Notes: generated by a model from the letters alone, not told the origin. Positions 18,854 to 27,038 are shown, counted from the stretch's first letter. The stretch: DNA of 32,000 bases from Idiomarina loihiensis L2TR (GCF_000008465.1 NC_006512.1:1080001-1112000); one strand, 5' to 3'. Numbers and translations are program-made.

Positions 18854-21085
18854 CTATTGTTCGCCAATGGTTTGTTGAAAAAATTGAGCAATCATTGAAT
18901 ATAAATGAATTTTTGTATTACGCCCGTTAATAGAATGCTTTTTCCCCGGGTAATTCATCATTTCAAAAGCCTGAGCGTTGTCCTGCAATTGCTTATACAG
19001 CTTCGTGCTATGAGTAAACAAAACATTGTCATCCGCCATTCCATGGTAAATCAGTAAATCACCTTTTAAGTTATCGCTGTATGGAAAAACCGATGAGTTT
19101 TCATAGGCATTACCATCACCCGGCATGCCCATAAAACGTTCGGTGTAATGCGTATCATACAAACGCCAGTCGGTTACCGGTGCGCCAGCCACTCCAGCCT
19201 TAAAATATTCAGGTGCTTTAAACATAGCCAGCAGCGACATGTAACCGCCGTAACTGTGACCATATATACCGATGCGCTTTGGGTCGACATAAGGCAGGCT
19301 GGTTAAATACTTAACCCCAACCACCTGATCATCTACTTCCGGGCTCCCCATATTCTTATAAATAGGTGCCTCAAAACGCTTTCCCCTATTCGCCGAACCG
19401 CGGTTATCCAGAGTGAAAACAATAAAGCCCTGTTGAGCCATATATTGAACAAAACCACTGCCCCAGCTTTTGGTTACTCGCTGCGCTCCGGGACCGCCAT
19501 AAACATACACCAGCACCGGATATTTTTTTTCTGCATCAAAATCTCCTGGCTTGGTCATTTTGTAATAAAGCGTCTGCCCGTCTTCAGCTTTTAGCTCACC
19601 GAACTCAGGGTAACGCCAGTTTCTCAAGTAAGGAGACAGTGGATGCTCACCTGTCACTTCGTTTTCAGCCAACCACACCAAATGATTACCAGTTGGCCCG
19701 TGCAAACTTACTTGTTTGGGCTGCTGAGGCGATGAGTAGGTGTCCAGATACAAGCGCACATCGGCATCAAATTCAATATGGTGCATACCTTCACGCGTTG
19801 TAATGCGCGTTGGGTTGGCCGCAGAACTTGCATTTAGCTGAGTACGATACAGGTGAGATTCTAGTGGTGATTTTTTCCGGGCGGTAAAGTACAGCGTGCC
19901 AGTACTTTCATCAATAGCTTCCAGTTCATCTACTTGCCAATCGCCAGAACTCAATTGACGAATTAACGATCCGTCCAGGCGATATAAATAAAGATGTTTG
20001 AAACCGCTTCGTTCAGATGCCCAAATGAAATGCTTATTATCATTTAAGAAATACAAGTCATCGTGCAGATTCAGCCAGCTATCTGAGGTTTCTGTCAACA
20101 ACTCACGCTGGGTTTCACTTGTTCGATTATAAAGCCAAAGCGTCAGTGCTTGCTGATCTCTGCTTTGCCATTGATAACTCAAACGTTTGCTGTCACCAAC
20201 CCACTTAACCCGGGCTAAATACCCATCATTTAGCTTATCCAGCTGCAGCCAATTGGTCTGTTTATCAGCAATTTGATATACCCCAAGGTCAATCTCTACG
20301 TTGTCGCTTCCGGCGAACGGATAACGCTGTTGTATGGTTTCAATTCGGTCCGCGTATATCTCACTGCGGGTAGCGAGAGGCACAGGACTTTCATCAACTT
20401 TGGTTAACGCAATAGCCGACTCATCCGGAGCCCACCAGTAACCGGTCATGCGCTTCATTTCTTCCTGGGCAACAAACTCCGCCATACCAAACTTAAGCGT
20501 GTTACCGCCTTCGGTTGTAACCGCATGTTCTTCACCACTGGCAAGGTCAATAAAGTACAAATTCTGTTCGCGGACAAAAGACACGTAGCTGCTTTTTGGC
20601 GAGAACTTAACGTCAGTTTCAAAAGCATCCGTTTTTGTCAGCTGAGTCACTTTTTCTTCGTCAGTCTGGTAATAAAAAACATCACCGTTATAGGGGAAAA
20701 GCAGCGCATCCCCTTTTGCTGACCAGCTGTACTCAATTATGCCACTGCCGCTAATGCGTTGACGTTCCCTACGGGCTTTCTCTTCGTCGGATAATTCAAG
20801 CTCACTGGCAGCGATCTGGTCTGCCGCAACTAACAATTTATGTGTCTCGGCCTCGATATCGTATAACCAGAGATCATAACGTTGCGGCTCTTCCTTACTG
20901 CCTTTTAAGTATGAAAGGTATTGCCCGCCGGGCGCAAACTTTAACGATTTTGGTGTTTCCCCCGTAAGAGTGGGGCCACTAAACAAACGTTCTATGGTTA
21001 ACTCTTCGGCAAAAACAGAGAGACTAAAAAAGCTAAAAACAATAATAGCAATCGCCTGAATACGACGATTAAAATGAAAAGGCAT
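18854..21085 (-). CDS. S9B dipeptidyl aminopeptidase IV-family serine peptidase
   Basis: C-terminal alpha/beta hydrolase with GIYGHSYGGYM (GxSxG nucleophile), HGMADDNV (Asp) and PGKKHSI (His). Long N-terminal beta-propeller-like region. The ATG at 21085 gives a classical signal peptide, MPFHFNRRIQAIAIIVFSFFSLSVFA|EE. Confidence 0.9.
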   Translation of the reverse strand: MPFHFNRRIQAIAIIVFSFFSLSVFAEELTIERLFSGPTLTGETPKSLKFAPGGQYLSYLKGSKEEPQRYDLWLYDIEAETHKLLVAADQIAASELELSDEEKARRERQRISGSGIIEYSWSAKGDALLFPYNGDVFYYQTDEEKVTQLTKTDAFETDVKFSPKSSYVSFVREQNLYFIDLASGEEHAVTTEGGNTLKFGMAEFVAQEEMKRMTGYWWAPDESAIALTKVDESPVPLATRSEIYADRIETIQQRYPFAGSDNVEIDLGVYQIADKQTNWLQLDKLNDGYLARVKWVGDSKRLSYQWQSRDQQALTLWLYNRTSETQRELLTETSDSWLNLHDDLYFLNDNKHFIWASERSGFKHLYLYRLDGSLIRQLSSGDWQVDELEAIDESTGTLYFTARKKSPLESHLYRTQLNASSAANPTRITTREGMHHIEFDADVRLYLDTYSSPQQPKQVSLHGPTGNHLVWLAENEVTGEHPLSPYLRNWRYPEFGELKAEDGQTLYYKMTKPGDFDAEKKYPVLVYVYGGPGAQRVTKSWGSGFVQYMAQQGFIVFTLDNRGSANRGKRFEAPIYKNMGSPEVDDQVVGVKYLTSLPYVDPKRIGIYGHSYGGYMSLLAMFKAPEYFKAGVAGAPVTDWRLYDTHYTERFMGMPGDGNAYENSSVFPYSDNLKGDLLIYHGMADDNVLFTHSTKLYKQLQDNAQAFEMMNYPGKKHSINGRNTKIHLYSMIAQFFQQTIGEQ

Positions 21086-21224
21086 GATGCAAGATCCAAC
21101 GATGAGTTTATTACCACTTATATTAACAAAGTTCGGGATAAAAATCGGTTGGCTGCGGTGAAATAACACGAAAACGCTACCGCCGAATTACGACGATAGC
21201 GTTATTTTCGGGAGGGCGGTTCAA

Positions 21225-23384
21225 TTAGAAGCTAATAGATACGCCAGCCTGGAAACGACGACCGGTAACAGGTGCGTCATCTTTTATAAAGGAGCTGTGA
21301 ACAAAGCCTAGCTGATCTGTCAGGTTTTCACCTTTCAGATAAAGCGTAGCACCGTAGTTTGCTAACCACTCCGGGTAAAAATTGACGCGGGCGTTCAGTA
21401 AGCCATAAGCATCGGTTACGGTCTCATTCTGCCCTATTTTATCCTGTTCCATGTAGCGCGTATAACCGATAGCACCATCCCAGCCAACGGCCTGATAACG
21501 CACTTCTGTACCAATGCGTTGCGCCGGGATTCTCGGTAAATCATCGCCATCACGCTGTTTTGCACGGGTATAGTCACTAAAACCGTGAAGTGACCACTGT
21601 TCTGTGAATTTCCAGTCTAACTCGAGTTCATAACCATAAAGCTCGGCGTCAACTTGTTTAAACTGAACCACTTGCAGACCGCCATGATCATGCTCGCCTT
21701 CGTGTTCGTGCTCCTCTTCGTGGGCATGCTCTTCGTGGTCATGGTCCTCATCACCATGCAATTGTTCACTGTTCAGGCCAATAAAATCATCGTAAATGAA
21801 ATCATCAACGCGATTGTAGAACACGTTCAAATTTGCATGAAAGCTGTCATTTTCGTAATGAAAACCCGCATCAATGTTGTTTGACGTTTCGGTTTTAATT
21901 GCCACTTCGTTTGGCTCAACATGATACTCGTCAAGCTCTTCTTCATGTAGTTCGTAACCCAGGCCAAGTTCATAAGTACGGGTTGCAAAGTGATTCCCGT
22001 TAGCAAAAACTTCATTTGCAGCCGGAGCTCTTTCTGCATGACTTAGGTTAAATGAAACCGAGGTGTGATCACTGAAGTGGTAGAGATAACCAGCAGACGC
22101 TGAAGTGGCATCAAAGGTATCCAGTTTGCGCTCCTCACTGGAAAGCGATGTGCGCTCATGGCGAACACCTAAATCAACGTGATGAGAACCAAATTCCTGC
22201 TCTACGACCCAGAACAAGCCTTGAGTGCGACGCGAGGTATTCGGCGTAAAGGCTTCTTCGCCAAAAGCCGCCTTATCACTGATGTCCCACTGCCAGCCGA
22301 CAGCACCTTTCCATCCTGCAATTTCTTTATGCTGACCAATCAGTCGTATCTCTTTTTGTTCATTTTCAAATTGAGTTGCAACGAAATTGTCTTCAATTTC
22401 CTGATGCTGGTAGTCAGTTAAAGCTGCGCGAAAATCTAAGCGGTTAAAGCCACTGAAAGGATTACGCCACTGACCGGCAAATTGAATACGCTCTTGCTCC
22501 AGGTCTGCATAAGGGCCAGCCTCTGCGTGTTCATGCTCGTCTTCATGACCCGGCTCTTCCTCATGCTCATCTTCTTCCTCACCATGACCGTGGTCATGAC
22601 CGGGAATACCGTATTCCTGATAGAGTCCCTGGTAAGACACTCCGAAAAAGCCGTCATCAAACTGGTAACTGGCGCCAATGGTGCCACCCTGAGCGTCAAT
22701 GAACGAGTTTTCGACATGATCCACCGTTTCACCTTCGTCATTCGTAAAGGATGGCGTCTCATAATCATTTGCGCGGCGAATAAAGGCATCGGTATAAAGA
22801 GCCCAGCGACCATTGCCTATTTGCAAGTCGTAAGACCCCTCTTTATTATCATTGTTAGTCGAGGCTGACACATTTGCATTACCTTGAATGCCGTAAACAG
22901 GCTCAGAAGGGATCCGGTTGTCGACCACGTTAATTACGCCACCAATTGCCCCACTACCGTAAAGCAAAGTTGCCGGACCTCTTAATACCTCAATTTGTTG
23001 TGCTGTACTGGTTTCCGTTGTTACTGCATGGTCGGGACCACCACGGGATACGTCACCAGTATCAAGACCATTTTGAGTGATTTTCACTCTTGGTCCGCCC
23101 AATCCACGAATAATGGGGCTACCTGCGACATTCGCAAAGTGAGTGTTATTGATGCCCGGTTCCATTGCCAGAGTTTCCCCCAGACTATGAGCATTCTTTT
23201 GCTTAAGCGCGTCACCGGAAATAATATTGACCGGCTGTGCTGATTCAAGCGCTGTCTTATCCAGCGGGCTTGCATTAATAACAATGACTTCATAGTCATT
23301 AATGTGTTCATGTTCTTCTTGCTGTTGCGCATGCGCGACGGTACTTGTTGCCAGTAATGCAAGAGTTAACGCATTCAGTTTCAT
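21225..23384 (-). CDS. TonB-dependent outer membrane receptor with His/Asp/Glu-rich insertions (ZnuD-like, putative zinc receptor)
   Basis: Signal peptide MKLNALTLALLATSTVAHA. TonB-box-like YEVIVINAS. Plug motifs (IEVLRGPATLLYGSGAIGGVINVV). C-terminal ...FQAGVSISF with terminal Phe. Two His-rich segments (nt 22521..22604 and 21681..21760). GGAG lies 5 nt before the ATG at 23384. Confidence 0.9.
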   Translation of the reverse strand: MKLNALTLALLATSTVAHAQQQEEHEHINDYEVIVINASPLDKTALESAQPVNIISGDALKQKNAHSLGETLAMEPGINNTHFANVAGSPIIRGLGGPRVKITQNGLDTGDVSRGGPDHAVTTETSTAQQIEVLRGPATLLYGSGAIGGVINVVDNRIPSEPVYGIQGNANVSASTNNDNKEGSYDLQIGNGRWALYTDAFIRRANDYETPSFTNDEGETVDHVENSFIDAQGGTIGASYQFDDGFFGVSYQGLYQEYGIPGHDHGHGEEEDEHEEEPGHEDEHEHAEAGPYADLEQERIQFAGQWRNPFSGFNRLDFRAALTDYQHQEIEDNFVATQFENEQKEIRLIGQHKEIAGWKGAVGWQWDISDKAAFGEEAFTPNTSRRTQGLFWVVEQEFGSHHVDLGVRHERTSLSSEERKLDTFDATSASAGYLYHFSDHTSVSFNLSHAERAPAANEVFANGNHFATRTYELGLGYELHEEELDEYHVEPNEVAIKTETSNNIDAGFHYENDSFHANLNVFYNRVDDFIYDDFIGLNSEQLHGDEDHDHEEHAHEEEHEHEGEHDHGGLQVVQFKQVDAELYGYELELDWKFTEQWSLHGFSDYTRAKQRDGDDLPRIPAQRIGTEVRYQAVGWDGAIGYTRYMEQDKIGQNETVTDAYGLLNARVNFYPEWLANYGATLYLKGENLTDQLGFVHSSFIKDDAPVTGRRFQAGVSISF

Positions 23385-23425
23385 AACCACTCCAGTTAAC
23401 GTTGTTTCAGATTAACGCCATCTCG

Positions 23426-23450
23426 TTATTGTAATAATATAACATTACAA
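23426..23450. promoter_or_regulatory. Zur-type (Fur-family) operator
   Basis: TTATTGTAATAATATAACATTACAA. The core TGTAATAATATAACA matches the gammaproteobacterial Zur core TGTTATAwTATAACA at 14/15 positions by eye. One arm, TATAACATTAC, matches TATAACATTTC at 10/11. Imperfect palindrome. Overlaps the predicted -10 of the receptor promoter. Confidence 0.65.
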
Positions 23451-23470
23451 AATCCTGATACGTTTTGCAA
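23442..23470 (-). promoter_or_regulatory. candidate promoter of the TonB-dependent receptor
   Basis: Minus strand TTGCAA (23470..23465), 17-nt spacer, TAATGT (23447..23442). About 58 nt upstream of the ATG at 23384. Confidence 0.4.
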
Positions 23471-23560
23471 CACTCTTTCAACTATCCACTCTGGTTGTCT
23501 GTTATCTGCTGCGGTACACTAGCTTCGCTATTACGATAAAAATAAAACCAAGGACATAAT

Positions 23561-25207
23561 ATGAAGCCATCCCATATTCTTCTGCCCGTTACATTAAGCC
23601 TGCTGGTCGCGGCTTGTGGCGCATCAGAACCCGAGTCAAAAACGACGGAAATCCGTGCTGAGGAATCCAATATTCGTGCTCATTTAGAGTTTCTTGCAGA
23701 CGATGACCTTAAAGGTCGTGAAACCGGTAGCAACGAGCACGAAATTGCCTCGAACTACATCGTTTCTGAATTCAAGCAGTTAGGCCTTGAGCCTGCAGGT
23801 GATGACGGCACTTATTATCAGCGCATTCCTTTTCGTAAAAGTACACTGAAAGAAAACAGCGCCCGAATGACCTTTGAAAACAATGGTGAAGTGGTCGAGT
23901 TTGAATTCCCTAAGCAATTCATTACCGGTCCAAGTCATTATGAAGAAAAGGACGAAATTACTGCGCCATTAGTTTTTGTCGGCTATGGTATGGAAGCTCC
24001 TGAATTTGGTCTTGATGACTACAACGGCCTTGACGTAGAAGGCAAAATTGTTGTCATGTTAACCGGCCGTCCGGAATTTTTACCTAGCGAGGAAGGTGCT
24101 CACCTGGCCAACATTAAAAGTGATATTGCCCGCGAAAAAGGTGCTGTTGGCATTATTACACTACACACACCAGTGCGCGAAAAAACTCGCAAATACGAAA
24201 CCAGTGTTTATTACACCAAGACACCTCGCATGACCTGGTTAGGTCCTAATGGCTTACCTAAAGGTGAAGAGCAACAGTTAAAAGGTTCTGCCTATATTGA
24301 TGATGAACCTGCGGAGAAACTGTTTGCGAATGCTCCGACTGAATTGAGCACTATCTTCGAGAAAATTGAGGAAGACCCGGACTTCTCTCCTAAAGGGTTT
24401 GAACTGGAAGGCGAAGTCACCCTGGCTCGTGAATCGCGTCACGAGGAAATTTCCAGCCCTAACGTCGCAGCCGTATTGCCTGGTTCTGACAAAACGCTGA
24501 AAGACGAATACGTTATTTATACTGCGCATTCCGATCATATCGGCGTAGTAAAAGACATGAGCCGCGAAGACAATATCAACAATGGCGCGATGGATAATGC
24601 CAGTGGCGTTTCCATTATGCTGGAAACCGCTCGCTTGTTTGTAGAGTCAGAGCAAGAATTTGACCGTTCAATTATGTTCTTGTCGGTAACTGCAGAAGAA
24701 AAAGGTCTGTTAGGTGCGGACTACTTTGCCAATAACCCAACGGTTCCTTTAGAAAATATCGTAGCAAACGTAAACCTGGATATGCCGGTACTACTGTATG
24801 ATTTTGCCGATGTCATTGCCTTTGGTGCTTCTCATTCAACTTTGGGTGACACTGTTAGCAAGGCAGCTCAGCAATTCGATACAAAGCAAAGCCCTGACCC
24901 TATGCCTGAGCAGGCTATTTTTACTCGCTCAGACCATTACACTCTGGTCAAAAAAGGCATTCCGGCGGTATTTTTAATGACTGGCTTTACCTCACGTACC
25001 GAAGGTGAAGACGGCGGCGAAGTCTGGGGCGAGTTTTTTGCTGAGCACTATCACAAGCCCAGCGATGGACTCAATTTAGATATTAACTACGAAGCAGGAG
25101 CCCGCTTTACCAATATTAACTTTGCCATTGGTAAAGAAATTGCGAACGCCGATAAGCGTCCACAATGGCTGGAAGACTCGTTCTTCGGTAAGCAATTTAA
25201 CGACTAA
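23561..25207 (+). CDS. M28-family zinc aminopeptidase lipoprotein with PA domain
   Basis: Lipobox LLVAAC|G. PA-domain-like segment (APLVFVGYGMEAPEFGLDDYNGLDVEGKIVVMLTG). M28 metal-ligand motifs HSDH, NGAMDNASGV, TAEEKGLLG and NLDM. AGGA lies 7 nt before the ATG. Confidence 0.9.
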   Translation: MKPSHILLPVTLSLLVAACGASEPESKTTEIRAEESNIRAHLEFLADDDLKGRETGSNEHEIASNYIVSEFKQLGLEPAGDDGTYYQRIPFRKSTLKENSARMTFENNGEVVEFEFPKQFITGPSHYEEKDEITAPLVFVGYGMEAPEFGLDDYNGLDVEGKIVVMLTGRPEFLPSEEGAHLANIKSDIAREKGAVGIITLHTPVREKTRKYETSVYYTKTPRMTWLGPNGLPKGEEQQLKGSAYIDDEPAEKLFANAPTELSTIFEKIEEDPDFSPKGFELEGEVTLARESRHEEISSPNVAAVLPGSDKTLKDEYVIYTAHSDHIGVVKDMSREDNINNGAMDNASGVSIMLETARLFVESEQEFDRSIMFLSVTAEEKGLLGADYFANNPTVPLENIVANVNLDMPVLLYDFADVIAFGASHSTLGDTVSKAAQQFDTKQSPDPMPEQAIFTRSDHYTLVKKGIPAVFLMTGFTSRTEGEDGGEVWGEFFAEHYHKPSDGLNLDINYEAGARFTNINFAIGKEIANADKRPQWLEDSFFGKQFND

Positions 25208-25237
25208 GCGTACTGTTAAAGCACAGAACGAACTCCA

Positions 25238-25264
25238 GGGAGCCTTAACCGGCTCCCTTTTTTG
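25238..25264 (+). terminator. rho-independent terminator after the M28 peptidase gene
   Basis: GGGAGCC (25238..25244) / GGCTCCC (25251..25257), loop TTAACC, then TTTTTTG. Confidence 0.8.
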
Positions 25265-25271
25265 TTAGCGA

Positions 25272-25305
25272 CCGTCATTAAACTGTCATTTACGCTCTCT
25301 ACACT
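25272..25305 (+). promoter_or_regulatory. Pho box (PhoB site) plus -10 hexamer
   Basis: CCGTCAT TAAA CTGTCAT (25272..25289) versus the consensus CTGTCAT-AwAw-CTGTCAy, 17/18 matches. TACACT follows 10 nt downstream (25300..25305). The position corresponds to a -35 replacement about 45 nt upstream of the ATG at 25335. Confidence 0.7.
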
Positions 25306-25334
25306 TTTACCATCAGTAGCTGCCGGAGCACTTG

Positions 25335-27038
25335 ATGTTATCTGTAGACAAAGTCGTTAATGACAAGCTTCCACTCATTAAAGGTAAACCCTGGTTAGAG
25401 AAGCCAACAACCTGGGTTTTACGCAACCTTTTACACGAAGAAGACATTCAGAAGTTTGGCAAAAGCTCGCCCTCTTTAGAAGGCATAGACTTTGTTGAAC
25501 ACACTCTGGACTACTTCAATTTCACTTACTCCTACTCTTCGCAAGAACTGGATAATATCCCTGTAAGCGGACGTCTGGTTATTATTGCGAATCATCCGAT
25601 AGGCTCTCTTGATGGGCTGGCGTTATTAAAGTTAGTGAGTGAAATGCGCAGCGATGTAAAAATAGTTGCCAATGAATGGCTGTCTGCACTCGAACCTCTT
25701 AATTCTTTATTGCTGCCGGTTAATGTCTTCGGCGGCAAACCCAGCCGCAAAGATATTCGCAACATACATAACCACCTTCACGACGAAGGGTGCGTCATAC
25801 TGTTTCCTGCAGGTGAAGTGTCGCGGTTACGCCCTAACGGGGTACGTGACACACACTGGCAAAGTGGCTTCCTGAAAATAGCCAAGGCGACTCAAAGTGA
25901 CATTTTGCCCATACGTCTCGACGCTCATAACTCGGCCTGGTTTTACACCGCTTCTATGGTCTACAAGCCTTTAGCTACCATGCTCCTGGTGAAGGAAATG
26001 TTTCGCCAGCAACGTAAGCAGGTTAAATGTCATATAGGGCAAAGAATTCCGGTTGAAGCCTTTCTTCATCAGGGGTTGAGTGTAAATCAGCAGGTTAAAC
26101 TGTTTAAAAAGCACCTGTACCGTTTAGGCACTCAAAAAAAGCCGATTTTCCCGACTCAAACAGCAATAGCCCGTCCCGAGTCGCGCCAGCCTTTGAAAGC
26201 GGCCATTGAGGCCTGTGAATTACTGGGTGAAACCCCATGTGGCAAAAAGATTTATCTGTATGAATTCAGTGGTAGCTCCCCTATTCTTCGGGAAATAGGC
26301 CGCTTAAGAGAAGTGGCTTTTCGCACCGTGGGCGAAGGTACCTGGCGTAAACGCGACCTTGATGAGTACGATACCTGGTATATGCACCTGATACTCTGGG
26401 ATCCGGATGATCTTGAAATTGCTGGTGCTTACCGTCTGGGCGACTGCAATAAAATAATAGAAACGCACGGCCAAAACGGACTCTACAGTGACGGATTCTA
26501 TGAGTTCTCAGACGCTATGAAGGAGATTTTTCCGCAAAGTCTGGAGCTGGGTCGCTCATTTGTTCAACCCCGGTACTGGGGTAAACGCAGTCTGGACTAC
26601 CTCTGGGTTGGTATTGGAGCGCTGTTGCGTAAGCACCCAAATTATCGTTACTTATTTGGTTCTGTCAGTATTAGCAACGCCTTACCAAAGGATGCACAGG
26701 CCGCTTTAGTTAAATTTTACAGCAGCCATTTCCCACCGCAAACACCCATGGCAAGGGCAAACATTCCTTATCGTTTAAACACCGACTCAACGGTGCCTGA
26801 CTTTACCGGTAACAACTACGCCGATGAATTTGTTCTGCTAAAAAGCTACATGGCAAATATCGGTTCCGCCATTCCCACACTTTACAAACAGTACTCGGAG
26901 CTATGCGAACCCGGCGGAGTGCAGTTTTTAGAGTTTGGCGTTGACCCGGATTTTAATCATTCGATAGACGGACTGGTGTTAGTGGATACCACCAAACTCA
27001 GCGCGAAGAAGCGCAAGCGTTATTTAGAAACGAGATAA
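25335..27038 (+). CDS. two-domain acyltransferase: N-terminal PlsC/LPLAT-like O-acyltransferase fused to a C-terminal OlsB/GNAT-like N-acyltransferase (OlsF-like aminolipid synthase)
   Basis: N-terminal half has IIANHPIGSLDG and ILFPAGEVSR (LPLAT blocks I and III). C-terminal half has REIGRLREVAFRTVGEG...DEYD...HLILWD...AYRLG...LELGRSFV, typical of OlsB-type or so-called hemolysin-like GNAT proteins. GGAG lies 6 nt before the ATG at 25335, and the TTG at 25332 is too close to the SD. Confidence 0.8.
   Translation: MLSVDKVVNDKLPLIKGKPWLEKPTTWVLRNLLHEEDIQKFGKSSPSLEGIDFVEHTLDYFNFTYSYSSQELDNIPVSGRLVIIANHPIGSLDGLALLKLVSEMRSDVKIVANEWLSALEPLNSLLLPVNVFGGKPSRKDIRNIHNHLHDEGCVILFPAGEVSRLRPNGVRDTHWQSGFLKIAKATQSDILPIRLDAHNSAWFYTASMVYKPLATMLLVKEMFRQQRKQVKCHIGQRIPVEAFLHQGLSVNQQVKLFKKHLYRLGTQKKPIFPTQTAIARPESRQPLKAAIEACELLGETPCGKKIYLYEFSGSSPILREIGRLREVAFRTVGEGTWRKRDLDEYDTWYMHLILWDPDDLEIAGAYRLGDCNKIIETHGQNGLYSDGFYEFSDAMKEIFPQSLELGRSFVQPRYWGKRSLDYLWVGIGALLRKHPNYRYLFGSVSISNALPKDAQAALVKFYSSHFPPQTPMARANIPYRLNTDSTVPDFTGNNYADEFVLLKSYMANIGSAIPTLYKQYSELCEPGGVQFLEFGVDPDFNHSIDGLVLVDTTKLSAKKRKRYLETR

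Noticed and set aside
21171-21208. Possible terminator after the TonB-dependent receptor (AACGCTA...TAGCGTT followed by TTTC on the minus strand).
   Set aside because: The 7-bp stem has a 17-nt loop and a short U-tract, which is too weak to call.
23426-23450. Alternative reading of the operator as a Fur (iron) box.
   Set aside because: The fit to GATAATGATAATCATTATC is noticeably poorer than to the Zur core, and the adjacent receptor has zinc-type His/Asp cassettes. It is kept as a caveat and not as the call.
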